Origin: a virus
Lineage: Duplodnaviria > Caudoviricetes
Virus record (IMG/VR): IMGVR_UViG_3300012007_000009
Coordinates: 96,791 to 160,790 of that record
Strand: one strand, 5' to 3'
DNA: 64,000 bases
Shown piece by piece: positions 1 to 10,607 of the stretch. Position numbers and translations under genes: made by a program. Numbering within the stretch: the stretch's first letter is position 1; each line of letters starts with the position of its first letter. Under the pieces are notes generated by a model. That model did not search any database. It was not told the origin of the DNA and was given only the letters and a program-made list of their open reading frames with translations.

Positions 1-3000
1 AGGCAGCGTTCCGTACTTTTCCCCGTACACACCGCGCAATATATTCGTTGATGCGGAGTCGATTGCCTTTCCACGCAACCGCATGGAAGCACGCTCTATA
101 ACCTGATACATTGCGGTATTCAGCAATGAATCGTCGATGCATCCGTATAGTACCGATAGTGGCACGAAAAGGAGTCCCGCGGACTTTGTGCAACTTCTTG
201 CCGATACTTTCATCGTCTCTTCGAAATCATTGACAGTATCCGTAAATATCTTGGAATCATGGCCGGCATCCCTATTGCTCAATTCGTGCAAAGCGGCACT
301 GCCTGCAAGTTTTTTAGAAATGATGGATTCCCTTATCTTGCCGGCCACCCCTTCGGGAGTATCGGAATCATCCAGCGATACGCCAATTGCACCACCGATA
401 TCAGAAAGTCCAGCGAACTTGGGAACAGCCTCTTCAAAATGGGCATAATCCCTACGGTCGCTCGCCTGAGCAGAACCGTTATCGTTAAACACCGCCCAGG
501 TAGTCGTGCTCATGTCGATTGGGGACCTGGTATCGGAGTCATCTTCCAAGGAGAGGCCCTGCAATAGATATTTCGGTACCTCTATCCCGGTCTGAACGCC
601 CGTACCTACCAGGTTATTCAGTATGTTACCCAAGCGCCTGTAGGTGTGATTGTCGGAACTATTATCAATCTCATCTTCTACAATGGCGAGGTTCAAAACC
701 GCACCTAGGGCTGTATTCGCTTCTCCACTATACAAAGTCTCGTAGGAGTTCCCGTGTTTGGTGCTGCTCTTATAAACCAAGTCATCGAACGGTATGAGTG
801 CGCCTTCATAGCCAATCGTATAGCCTTTACCCAGGCGCTCGTATATAGCGCTCAGTGTCTTGCTAAATCGTTCGTTGCCACGAAGCATGGCATCCGTACT
901 GTCGCGGAACTTTTCACGTATAGTTTTGTCAAGGGCGGACTTTGATGTCTGGTTCACGGTATCGTCCGTTTCCTTGCCTGGATTACGTGCACCTACCATA
1001 GCTAGACGCTCGGCGGCAGAAGTATTCGCATCATCACTACCGGCCAACCTAGCGCTATCGCCACCATATAGCTCAAGCCCAGACACATTGCCTGCCTTAT
1101 GCTCAGTATTGGCATACGATTCGATAGCAAGCACAATATTCGCAATACCGGTACTTACCGTACTTGCCATTTCGAGCTCTACTAGGTCCGGATTCAGTTC
1201 AGGATTCTCGTCGGCATTTTTCTGCTGGGAGGCAACATCGGCTTTCAGCTGGTTGAACTCAGCCAGCATTCTATCCAGCATGTCTTCTACAGTCGGGTCG
1301 CCACAATCACCGACTTTTGTAGCGAACATGTTTCCGACAGAATCCACTTCTTGCAGAATATCCCGTTTTTCGAGCGGAACTGTAGAAGTCATGAAGTTGT
1401 AGAAGGAATTCATTGCGTCATCCAGAATGCGTACCCGGCGGTTCACATCCTTGCGAATTGCAATATTTTTCCCGCGCACACCCTCCGTCCCGAATGTAAC
1501 GGCGGTCTCGTGGGCCGAATCCAATGCGGCCGCTACTCGGCTCAACTCCGCCGGCGATATGCCGGCTGTTATATCGAACTTTCCGGAGCTGCTTCCCATA
1601 CCCGGGCCGCATTTAATCAACCCAAGCATAGTGGAACTAGTTACGCCTTCGTATGTGTCGGCGGAATCGTTAGTTAAGTCAAACTCCCTCAGTGCGTCAT
1701 AATCTATGGAGTTGGTAAGCACATCGCCCGTGTGGTCGTCACGTTCCCCCAGCGCATCAGGCTGCACTAGGTCATCAACGGATACACCATCAACTTCACC
1801 CGAGCTTACCCTATACGGCTCCGCTTCGGCAGAGTTAGCGTTGTAATCGCGAACGGCGTCCCTGTATTGTGAAATTTCATCGGGAACTTTCGCTGCATAG
1901 TCTATTGCTGTCAATACATCGCAGAACGGTTGCTTCATTATTTCGGGTGACTTTTCAAGTGCCGGCATCACGGTTTCAATGCACTTGCTCAATGCATCGA
2001 GTGACTTATTGGATACGACGGCACTTCGATTCATCGAAATGTTTCCGTCGAGACTCATCTTCCCGTTGCGGCCATACGACTCATCAGCCTTAAAATCCTC
2101 GCTAACCGCCTGCGCATACAAGTTTTCGAGTTTCTTGAATGACATGATTGCCTTGGGTGTCGAAGCTTCCGACACGCTGGCACTCAATTCGTCAACCGCG
2201 TTCTTATATTCCGTATATAGGCCATGGTCATCAAAATACTCATCGGTATTGTACTCGACACCGGTACTGGCAAACTCCACGGCACCATCGGCACCTTCGG
2301 CCATGGTAAATGGCGAATTTATCACATCCAGCAATTGAGTTGCCGCATGCAGTATACTCTGGGGAGTCAGCAGTTTGCTACCGGACCTATCGGCACACAT
2401 GCTGTTCAGCTTACGCAATGCGCCCAATGACGACACGTCGCTATAGAACTGGTCGTTCTTCTTCAGCTTCGTGGCAAAGAACGAATCAAGTATGCCATTC
2501 AAAATATCGGCGGCCGCTTCCCTTGGCTTCTTGGCGGCAATCTGGTTACACGTCAAGGCATTCTTCAGGGTGCTGACCTGCTCGATACCCTTGGTTTGGG
2601 TCAATGCAAGCAGTGTCTCGACATCATACAGATTCCGGTCGTATATCCTGTTAATCGCCTCGCCTGCCTGCAAGACAGCGTCTATTGCCGGTGCGCTCGT
2701 CGTATGCAGTATCTTGGCAAATTGCTGCATGTTCTCGGTTGCATCAAGCGTCCTTTCGCTATTGGCGAGGGAATTCATGTAAGTATCATTGGATATCCCT
2801 ATCATGTTCTCCGGGCGACGGAAAGTGTTCCTGTAGCCTTCGTCGCTCCAAGCAGACACGAAGTTCACGCCAACCCATAGGGCATATTGCGGAGACTTGG
2901 ACTTGGAATCCGGCATCTGGGTCAGTCCCTTCGGCATCCAGTCGGCCATATTGCTGTCGGTAAATTCTCCGGCCGCAAGACCGCTGTTCCTGCCGAATTT

Positions 3001-5244
3001 GACACGGTATATGTGTTCGCCGTTTTCCTCGTTGACGGAAACTACCCGGCCCTGGGTCTTCGCGTAAATGAGTTCGCCGTCGTTCGTTACGGTCCCCTCG
3101 GCACCGCCGCTCAGGCGAAGCCTACCCTTCGACTCTTGATTTATCGGGGACAATGGGAGTACCATCTCCGCCTTCAGGTCGTGGGTCACCGGCATGTTGT
3201 ATGCACCTTCCTTGATATTGAATATGCTACGCTTCACGTACTTGATTGTATCATCCATGACCGTGGGAAGCTGCTGTTGATACTTCTCGGAACCAGTATG
3301 AACCAGTATGTACCTGCCCACCTTATCTTTTAGAGTAGACAGCAAACTGGTGTCATTGATGGTATCTATCCAGGTATTCCTGAGCATCACGGCATTGGTT
3401 GGGTCGGGGCTGCCAGCTACATGGGCAAAGTACCTCTCTATCGTGTCGATAATATCAACATAGTCTATGTCGACTGAATGGTCTATGATATACTGAACAT
3501 CGTCAGAGTCGTCCGACTCGGAGTTGGATTCCTTGGTAAACCATGGCATCTTCGGAATATCGCTACCGCTTGCCGCAATAATTGCGTATGTAAGCATCGG
3601 CACGCTCAATGCATACATGCTGCCCAGATTCTTGTCGTTGGTGCTTGGTACAGTCACGCGCACCGAGAACAGAGGAATGGATACTTTCGGTAATATCATG
3701 GCGTTGGTAACATCGGTACTCGACGGGTCGAGCAACGTAATATACTCATCTGCCACGATACCATCGGATTCCTTGGGAGAACCGGCGTCGCCAACAATCC
3801 GGTCGGCTATATCCATGGGAGGAGTTGCCCTGTTGCGCTTGGCCGCAGCATCCGTCTTGAACTCATCAGTTTTTATGCCAATGTCATCGGCTGCATCCGA
3901 CGGGTTGGCCAGGAGGCCGTTTTCCAGATTATCCTCGACATCGTTCGGGTTGTATTCCTCGGCAATCAAGCCCACTATAACGGCAACAGCGCGATAGAAG
4001 TTGGCCGTACCGGGAGCTATCAACGCACCGAGTTTCCTCACCGAGGTACTTATCTTGTTTTTATGAAGAGCTATCTTCCTGGATAGCTGGTCCGCTGCCG
4101 GGTTTTCCCCATTGCTGGCATTATCGTTTATCAAGGCATGGATTTCGGGTGCCCTCCATTGTGTAAGGGGCGTCTTCAGTGCAACCGGCGCGCGGAGAAC
4201 CGGGCTACCCGCGGAATGCGTATCGATTCGCTCGTTCCAGCCAAACGGTGCATCTGCGAAAGAAACTAGCTTTTCCAGGCCAGCATCATCGTCCATCCCT
4301 TCAAGCAAGCCCTCTACATAGGATTTGAGCGTCTGCTCCCCAGCATCGCCCTGGCCGGCGGATTCCGACTGCTGTACCTTTGCATTTCGGCACATCACAA
4401 GCATGGCGCCTAGCTGGTATATATCGCGGTCCGACTTTAATTCACCTTTGAACGCATCCTGCACCGCCGAAACAGTCTGACCGCACAGCACCTTGTCCAG
4501 GTCAACTAGCATCTTCTGGACGTCAGAATCCATCATGATTTCCCTGAACTTCTTAACGAAGCTGAATACCGATTCACCGAGCTCGGCACCCTTGCTATGC
4601 TGTTCTTCGCCACCATTCTTCACCAGGAAATAGAACCAGCGTTCGATAACCCGCAGGTCTTCCCATTTGTCTTCCCCGACGACATCACGCTTTAGCCCGA
4701 ACAGGCTATCATAATCTATTGCACTTTCAAAATCATCAACTTGACGCAACATGGCGGCATCACCGCTATGGAGTGCACGCGTACTGTTGATTTGGGCTTT
4801 AGTAGTGTAGGATGCGCCCTCGTTGACCTTTTTCTTCAGAGCATCCATTTCACTGATGAACTTCTGGGTGGCGGCCGTCGAGGTACCCTCGGTTTCCCCG
4901 ACACCCATGAATCCGGCACCCCCGGAGAAAGCCAGTACGCCAGCCCGGACCTTGTTTACCAGGTCAATCGTGTCCCTGCCGGCATACGACGATATGATAG
5001 TGTCGTACGTCTCGGAAGCACCGGGTGTTTTTGCCGCTTTAGTCGAAGCGAAATAGAAGTCCTTTACCTCGGGGTGGACGAATGATACTACGTAAAACAA
5101 GTTTGACATCCAGGCGTTCGGCGCTTGCGCCATTCGTCGGGCAATTTTCCGTATTACGTCATTGGCGTTAATGAAGTCGCGAGTAATTTCCTTCATTGCG
5201 GCGGAATCGCCCTCGAACCTGGCTTCAGTAAGAATTTTGTTCAT
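1..5244 (-). CDS. Very large hypothetical late protein (>1748 aa, runs off window start); candidate head-internal/virion protein
   Basis: Manual translation from ATG at 5244 (MNKILTEARFEGDSAAMKEITRDF...) stays open to position 1; absent from the ORF track because no stop lies in the window; plus-strand ORFs here are antisense shadows; TATAAACT on minus strand at 5279-5286; N-terminal ILTE|A motif. Confidence 0.85.
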   Translation of the reverse strand, partial: MNKILTEARFEGDSAAMKEITRDFINANDVIRKIARRMAQAPNAWMSNLFYVVSFVHPEVKDFYFASTKAAKTPGASETYDTIISSYAGRDTIDLVNKVRAGVLAFSGGAGFMGVGETEGTSTAATQKFISEMDALKKKVNEGASYTTKAQINSTRALHSGDAAMLRQVDDFESAIDYDSLFGLKRDVVGEDKWEDLRVIERWFYFLVKNGGEEQHSKGAELGESVFSFVKKFREIMMDSDVQKMLVDLDKVLCGQTVSAVQDAFKGELKSDRDIYQLGAMLVMCRNAKVQQSESAGQGDAGEQTLKSYVEGLLEGMDDDAGLEKLVSFADAPFGWNERIDTHSAGSPVLRAPVALKTPLTQWRAPEIHALINDNASNGENPAADQLSRKIALHKNKISTSVRKLGALIAPGTANFYRAVAVIVGLIAEEYNPNDVEDNLENGLLANPSDAADDIGIKTDEFKTDAAAKRNRATPPMDIADRIVGDAGSPKESDGIVADEYITLLDPSSTDVTNAMILPKVSIPLFSVRVTVPSTNDKNLGSMYALSVPMLTYAIIAASGSDIPKMPWFTKESNSESDDSDDVQYIIDHSVDIDYVDIIDTIERYFAHVAGSPDPTNAVMLRNTWIDTINDTSLLSTLKDKVGRYILVHTGSEKYQQQLPTVMDDTIKYVKRSIFNIKEGAYNMPVTHDLKAEMVLPLSPINQESKGRLRLSGGAEGTVTNDGELIYAKTQGRVVSVNEENGEHIYRVKFGRNSGLAAGEFTDSNMADWMPKGLTQMPDSKSKSPQYALWVGVNFVSAWSDEGYRNTFRRPENMIGISNDTYMNSLANSERTLDATENMQQFAKILHTTSAPAIDAVLQAGEAINRIYDRNLYDVETLLALTQTKGIEQVSTLKNALTCNQIAAKKPREAAADILNGILDSFFATKLKKNDQFYSDVSSLGALRKLNSMCADRSGSKLLTPQSILHAATQLLDVINSPFTMAEGADGAVEFASTGVEYNTDEYFDDHGLYTEYKNAVDELSASVSEASTPKAIMSFKKLENLYAQAVSEDFKADESYGRNGKMSLDGNISMNRSAVVSNKSLDALSKCIETVMPALEKSPEIMKQPFCDVLTAIDYAAKVPDEISQYRDAVRDYNANSAEAEPYRVSSGEVDGVSVDDLVQPDALGERDDHTGDVLTNSIDYDALREFDLTNDSADTYEGVTSSTMLGLIKCGPGMGSSSGKFDITAGISPAELSRVAAALDSAHETAVTFGTEGVRGKNIAIRKDVNRRVRILDDAMNSFYNFMTSTVPLEKRDILQEVDSVGNMFATKVGDCGDPTVEDMLDRMLAEFNQLKADVASQQKNADENPELNPDLVELEMASTVSTGIANIVLAIESYANTEHKAGNVSGLELYGGDSARLAGSDDANTSAAERLAMVGARNPGKETDDTVNQTSKSALDKTIREKFRDSTDAMLRGNERFSKTLSAIYERLGKGYTIGYEGALIPFDDLVYKSSTKHGNSYETLYSGEANTALGAVLNLAIVEDEIDNSSDNHTYRRLGNILNNLVGTGVQTGIEVPKYLLQGLSLEDDSDTRSPIDMSTTTWAVFNDNGSAQASDRRDYAHFEEAVPKFAGLSDIGGAIGVSLDDSDTPEGVAGKIRESIISKKLAGSAALHELSNRDAGHDSKIFTDTVNDFEETMKVSARSCTKSAGLLFVPLSVLYGCIDDSLLNTAMYQVIERASMRLRGKAIDSASTNILRGVYGEKYGTLP

Positions 5245-5278
5245 CCGGTACCCCTAGTCTGGTATCCAATTTGCCGCA

Positions 5279-5347
5279 AGTTTATACGATTCGGGCGCAA
5301 ATATTGCATTCGCCGGCAACCGAAATGCTAGTAACTTCATATAAACT
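5279..5347. promoter_or_regulatory. Divergent pair of putative late promoters (TATAAACT at 5279-5286 minus, 5340-5347 plus)
   Basis: Same octamer on each strand, 20-35 nt upstream of the divergent starts at 5244 and 5369. Confidence 0.7.
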
Positions 5348-5368
5348 GGCCAAGTAGAGGTATTCCCG

Positions 5369-7150
5369 ATGGCAAACGCACCAGAAGCGGCAAATGAGAA
5401 CATTGTAGGGGTGGTAATGAACCTGACCGGCATACAACCCGGCCAAACTCCTTCCATTGAAGCAATCAACCGTGCATTTATTCTTGCATCGTTTGGATAT
5501 ACTATCCTGAAGCTAAACGACTCATGCCAGGCCGATGTTATCAAGAGCATCATTGAAACTATATGGGACATCTTCAAGGCCAGGAGTTGTAACCGAGATG
5601 TAGTAAGCACTCAAATTGAACCGTCCAGCATATCCGTTCAAGCCTACCCTGACTTGCTAGAATTCATACAACGATATAAAATCAATCCATTGTCTGGAGC
5701 GGCCAATCTAATCGGCTCGCTTCTCAATGGAGCAAACAACGGTAATCCACCACGCAATCTTGACTTCATTACGGACGTTCGGCCACATGTATCCGCGGCA
5801 CTCAGTCGAATCCCGGCCCTGGTAGTCAACGCACTGGGATACATTCCGGTCGATGGAAATCAGGGCAGCGGCATAAGTGACACAGAGAATTTACATAAGG
5901 CAGCCGATACGCTATTCCATGGTAGCACCGAACTTACAAATAAGTGCAAAAGCTACCTGTTGAGGGCAAACTTCTGGAACAACCCTTCAGAGGACTACAA
6001 AGTCGATAATGAAAAGGCCAACAAGTTCTTCGAAGGCTTTGCCGCGGACATCAAGGCAAAGGGTCAGGGAGCATTAGATGCATTGACGGCTTATCTGGAA
6101 TCCGATAATTCCAGGCTTGATGCACCTAAGGACCCGGCCTCATTCGGCCAGGTGGCCGAATCAGTGCCAGGCCAACTAGCGGAACAATCGGTGGACGGTG
6201 AACCGTCGGCACGAGCCAACCCGACCGCAGAAAATACCCTTCCACCATTACCGAGGGAATCTGCCGAACTACTCAACGGGATGGCGTACGATGATGAACA
6301 ACTGCAGCAAGCCGCCGATGCCATAATGGGGAACAGTTACTACAACGTACCCCTAATCACCACGTATCACCCGGGAATCACGGAGAAGGCAGTCGCCCAG
6401 CTGCTTGACACGTGCACCGACCGTGGTGAGCACAGGCCTTTCCGGGTGACCGCCGGAGACCCCCGGGAAAGAAAGACCGTGATGATTCCTCCGGCCTTCA
6501 AGGAGGACAAGGTTCCGGCCATCTGGAGCCGCGCGGTCATAGGGAGCCTGGGATTTCCTTTCGTGAACTTCACCTGCCCCCCTATCATGGAAATCATCCG
6601 GGGGACCGACCCCAAATCAATCAAGTCCGCCTACAAGAGCGTGAAGCCCCTGTTCAAGGAGTGCGGACTGAAGAAGCCCATCGAGACGCTGAAGGAGTTT
6701 GCCCACGCCAAGTACCGTAACTGCACTCTGAACGCCGTAACGGTAGACGCCGAGGAGCTCTTCAGGGCCGAACCGGGGTCCACGGTCAGTGCCGGGATTA
6801 TAGACCCGTACAGCAAGGTACTGAAGGTCAAGGGAAGTGCCAGCATTCCATTGGACTTCCTGACAGCATTCTACGGAGTCCTATCGCCAGTGAACGCAGT
6901 GAGCCAATATTGCGAGCTCACGGGAATGGACACCAGGGCATACCTCGACACGCTTGCCACGACAGGGAAACCTCCCATATACATCCTGAACCCGAAGAAG
7001 TGCTCGTTCATGAGGGGACCAAAGGGAAGCCTGTTCCACGAGCTGTTCAGCTCGAAGACCGCCCCCGTCCTCGTTAGGGCCAGGGTTAGTACCCATGATG
7101 GTGGGTTCATCATGCCGGAAAAGCTAGCGGACATGCTGTTCGCCGTATAG
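5369..7150 (+). CDS. Hypothetical late protein, 593 aa; C-terminal domain paralogous to 7244..8851
   Basis: Long ORF, late motif upstream, shared blocks LGFPFVNFTCP, DAEEL, GKPPIYILNPK. Confidence 0.85.
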   Translation: MANAPEAANENIVGVVMNLTGIQPGQTPSIEAINRAFILASFGYTILKLNDSCQADVIKSIIETIWDIFKARSCNRDVVSTQIEPSSISVQAYPDLLEFIQRYKINPLSGAANLIGSLLNGANNGNPPRNLDFITDVRPHVSAALSRIPALVVNALGYIPVDGNQGSGISDTENLHKAADTLFHGSTELTNKCKSYLLRANFWNNPSEDYKVDNEKANKFFEGFAADIKAKGQGALDALTAYLESDNSRLDAPKDPASFGQVAESVPGQLAEQSVDGEPSARANPTAENTLPPLPRESAELLNGMAYDDEQLQQAADAIMGNSYYNVPLITTYHPGITEKAVAQLLDTCTDRGEHRPFRVTAGDPRERKTVMIPPAFKEDKVPAIWSRAVIGSLGFPFVNFTCPPIMEIIRGTDPKSIKSAYKSVKPLFKECGLKKPIETLKEFAHAKYRNCTLNAVTVDAEELFRAEPGSTVSAGIIDPYSKVLKVKGSASIPLDFLTAFYGVLSPVNAVSQYCELTGMDTRAYLDTLATTGKPPIYILNPKKCSFMRGPKGSLFHELFSSKTAPVLVRARVSTHDGGFIMPEKLADMLFAV

Positions 7151-7243
7151 AATACCTGAAATTTCCGAAAAAATACGTGGAATCGACGAAAAAAACACCG
7201 AGAGTGCCGATAAACTACCAATGTTTTAACGGGGATTCTCTCT

Positions 7244-8851
7244 ATGTCCTATATCTGGGAAGACAAAAATCGCGGCAAGTCGCTATACGAGATGGCAATA
7301 ATCAACCAGAAGGCCTTGATGGAAGCAACCACGGGGGCACCAACTGCACCGGATACGGTAAAATTCAAGATTCCCGATGGAAAGGACACGGAAAATAATC
7401 ATAAAAACATAGCCCAGGTGCTGGCGAAGGCCGGAGTAACCCCTAAATTCGATAACGGATTCATCGAGCTCTCCAAGGATGACTTCGCCAAATGTTCAAA
7501 TAATATTCAATTCCTGTGCAAGCAAACCCTTCTTGAACCGAATGATGAAATGAAAGCCGCCATAACGGCATCAGATGAGTCAAAGATGGAGACCACCCGA
7601 GAAGAAGTTGTCAAGAAAGCAATCGAAACATTCAAGAACCAGGATACCCAAAATGAGCTAGCATTAGCCGTTAGATGCTTGATGAACGGTACGTGGTTTG
7701 ATGGGAATGTGCCCAATGCGCAGCAGAAGCAGACAGTGGAACATTGTCAAGCACTATTAAAATCCGGCGATTCGGATAAAATTCTGGCAATGCTAAAAAC
7801 CATCACGGGTCTTGAAAAGCGCGGGATAATTTCCCTTGACGCTAAGAATCCGAAGCTGTATAAAGAAACCAAACCCGAAACCCAATTCAATGGCGACGTC
7901 AAGATGCCGCCAATGTTCGATGCCGAACCAGACGATTCGATGTGGAACGAGATGATTGTAAATGAGTTTGGTATGCCATTAATCAACCTCAGCCACCCGG
8001 CAGTAGCAAAGATTATCAGCAGCGACAATCCGGAAGACGAATGCCCCGCCGAACTAAAGCAATTCAAGAAAGCAATCTATGGCGACAAACGCCTGACCGC
8101 AGTATTCGGCGAAGGCGGAATTGCCCGTATGCTTGGCAAGATGGCCAATCTGCTAACTCTCGGCATTGCCGGTGCAACCCTGGATGCAGGCAAGAGGGCC
8201 GACCGCATAATCAAGGAACTGCATGAAAAGGGCGGGCATATCGCTCATCGCAACCTGCTGTTCATCGGCGCAGATGAACTGATGGATGCCGATGCCGATA
8301 ACGAAGAACTTACTATCCCATCAGCAGTATATAGCAGGTCAAAGAAGAAAGTTCTTGGCAAGCTAGAAGTCCCGGCACCTGCGCTTGCACAGTTATACAG
8401 CGCGGTCGACCCAATCAAGTCCGCAAAAATTTATCTCGAAATTCTTGCATCGGATGATAGGGTTGCCGAAAGCCTCAATGAATCCATTGAAGACGATGAC
8501 GGCGCTCTCCTCGAAGGAAAGGGTGTTTTTGGTAAACTCGCGGGCGCCGCCCGTGCCGTACAGGACAAATTCACCGGTGAAAAAGCGGATTCGCCATCAT
8601 CGGTAAACAAGGATACTGTGTCAGAACTGAAGAAAAAATGGGTATCATATCTAGAAAAGCACGGCCGTCCGCCATTCTATGTACTCAAGCCCAAGTCAAC
8701 CAACAAGGAAGTCGACATCATATCGACAGCCGAAACCGGCAGGGCTGGTACCAGTGGCGGTAAGGTGCACATGGTTACCATGAAGATAGGAGACCACAAG
8801 GGTGCCGCATTCATGTCACCCGAAGACATTAAACTCTACTTCTCTGCCTAA
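7244..8851 (+). CDS. Hypothetical late protein, 535 aa; paralog of 5369..7150
   Basis: GATAAACT at 7209-7216; blocks FGMPLINLSHP, GADEL, GRPPFYVLKPK. Confidence 0.85.
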   Translation: MSYIWEDKNRGKSLYEMAIINQKALMEATTGAPTAPDTVKFKIPDGKDTENNHKNIAQVLAKAGVTPKFDNGFIELSKDDFAKCSNNIQFLCKQTLLEPNDEMKAAITASDESKMETTREEVVKKAIETFKNQDTQNELALAVRCLMNGTWFDGNVPNAQQKQTVEHCQALLKSGDSDKILAMLKTITGLEKRGIISLDAKNPKLYKETKPETQFNGDVKMPPMFDAEPDDSMWNEMIVNEFGMPLINLSHPAVAKIISSDNPEDECPAELKQFKKAIYGDKRLTAVFGEGGIARMLGKMANLLTLGIAGATLDAGKRADRIIKELHEKGGHIAHRNLLFIGADELMDADADNEELTIPSAVYSRSKKKVLGKLEVPAPALAQLYSAVDPIKSAKIYLEILASDDRVAESLNESIEDDDGALLEGKGVFGKLAGAARAVQDKFTGEKADSPSSVNKDTVSELKKKWVSYLEKHGRPPFYVLKPKSTNKEVDIISTAETGRAGTSGGKVHMVTMKIGDHKGAAFMSPEDIKLYFSA

Positions 8852-8857
8852 CGTGAT

Positions 8858-9886
8858 ATGCGGCTAGATACTTTCCTACAGAACGCGAGGGTCATGCTCG
8901 AGAACAACATGGCCTTCTTCTCCAAGAAGGCCGATGGCGGACGCAAGCTGCGTTCAAAGCAGCTCACCCGTTACTTCGAGGGTATCTCCCGGAACCACCG
9001 GGGGCATGCAGTTCTCGAGTGGCGAGTGCCTTCCGCGTCCGACCCGGAGAAGAACTACCAGTGCTACATCTCGGTGGAGCCCAAGCGAGGCACCCTGTTC
9101 GTCCTGGCCTCCACCAAGGGCAGGATAGGGGAGAAGATTCAGCTAATCAAGGATGCGGACGTGCGCTGTTTCTGCACCTGCCCGGACTTCAACTGGTCCG
9201 GTGCCAAGTACAACATGAAGCACCGCTACGACGGGTACGAGGATGGGCACACCTCCGACGAGGGAGTTCCCGACGGTTCCGACATCCGTCCAAGAATCAA
9301 GGACCCGAAGGGGAGGAATACCGTCTGCAAGCATCTCCTTGCCTCCTTCAACGGGATAATGCTCAACGCGTCCACCATCATGAAGGCCGCACGAACGGCC
9401 AAGTTCCCCAAGGATTACACCGAGGAGGAACCACAGCCGAAAGTCCTCGACCATGACAGCGAGCAGGAATACGACGCTACCGGGGAAATCACCGTGCTGA
9501 ATGGCGGCAATACCGAAAACGCACCTACCGGGGAAATAAAGGCGGCTAATTCCGGAAAGGACAAGCCGATAATGGACTATCCCACCGAGGACGAGGCCAT
9601 CAAGATACTGGGTGAATCCTCCCCGGTGAAGGTACCCGAGGCCCAGGAAGCCCTGGATGCGCTCGCGAATACCCTGGGAGAGCCGGAAAATAACGGTGAG
9701 CAGTCAACAGACGGCGACATAACCGCATTCAACTCCGATTCCGATGAGAAAACCAAGGAATCCGGGTCGGAAATCAGCATGTTCAACGGGGACGGGCAGA
9801 AGTTCAACCCCCTTACCGACATCGAGGATGCCGCCAAGCTGCCGATGTTCAATCCCGGGCCGTCAGACGAGGACGAACTGACGTAG
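8858..9886 (+). CDS. SWIM-type zinc-finger protein with acidic low-complexity C-terminus
   Basis: CFCTCPDF...VCKHL SWIM signature. Confidence 0.75.
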   Translation: MRLDTFLQNARVMLENNMAFFSKKADGGRKLRSKQLTRYFEGISRNHRGHAVLEWRVPSASDPEKNYQCYISVEPKRGTLFVLASTKGRIGEKIQLIKDADVRCFCTCPDFNWSGAKYNMKHRYDGYEDGHTSDEGVPDGSDIRPRIKDPKGRNTVCKHLLASFNGIMLNASTIMKAARTAKFPKDYTEEEPQPKVLDHDSEQEYDATGEITVLNGGNTENAPTGEIKAANSGKDKPIMDYPTEDEAIKILGESSPVKVPEAQEALDALANTLGEPENNGEQSTDGDITAFNSDSDEKTKESGSEISMFNGDGQKFNPLTDIEDAAKLPMFNPGPSDEDELT

Positions 9887-9896
9887 TTTCCGGTAC

Positions 9897-10607
9897 ATGA
9901 GCATATACGTAGTAGGCGACACCAAGAAGATGTTCCCCGAACTCGACGAGGGCAGGGAGAAATTTCTCACAGATATGCCCCATGAAGGGGAAAACATAGA
10001 CCGGCTGAACAGGTGGTACTGCGAACTGACAGGATTGTACCATCTATGGAAGAACTCAGATTCATTCTACGTCGGATTGGAACATTACAGAAGGTTCTTC
10101 GAGTCTATAAAGAGTCCAAAACAGCGCATGAAGGTGGACGAAGCCCAGGAAATACTGGAAAAATGCGACATGATTGTCACAGAATATGACCATGGTCCAA
10201 GATATACGGCGCTCCAGTGGTTCAAGGACTCGAAATTTCAGGACGGGAGCAGCTACATACTCTACCTGGACAAGTTCATCGATGTCCTTGACGACAAGGA
10301 CAAGGAAGGATTCAAGGAATACCTCGGGAGGCACCGGCTGGTACAGTGCAACATGTTCATAGGGAAACGCCCTGTAATGGATAGGTGGTGCAAGTTCATC
10401 TTCAGCGTACTGTCCAGGTACGACAAGTTATGCCCGCCGTCGCAGGCGCACGGGCGACTTCAGGGGTACTTCGCCGAGCACATATTCGGATACTGGCTGG
10501 AAAAGGAATCGGTGCCACTGTTCATGGCACCGAAAGTCGAAATGGAATACGTGGAAAGGAACGGGGTGTCCCCAGCCAGAGTAGGCTACTCTACCTCACG
10601 AGCTTGA
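9897..10607 (+). CDS. DUF4422-like glycosyltransferase-related protein
   Basis: YCELTGLYHLWKN, VGLEHYRRFF, CNMFI, RLQGYFAEHIF motifs typical of DUF4422 polysaccharide-synthesis proteins. Confidence 0.75.
   Translation: MSIYVVGDTKKMFPELDEGREKFLTDMPHEGENIDRLNRWYCELTGLYHLWKNSDSFYVGLEHYRRFFESIKSPKQRMKVDEAQEILEKCDMIVTEYDHGPRYTALQWFKDSKFQDGSSYILYLDKFIDVLDDKDKEGFKEYLGRHRLVQCNMFIGKRPVMDRWCKFIFSVLSRYDKLCPPSQAHGRLQGYFAEHIFGYWLEKESVPLFMAPKVEMEYVERNGVSPARVGYSTSRA

Noticed and set aside
137-5331. Many short plus-strand ORFs
   Set aside because: Antisense shadows of the single open minus-strand frame running from 5244 to the window edge
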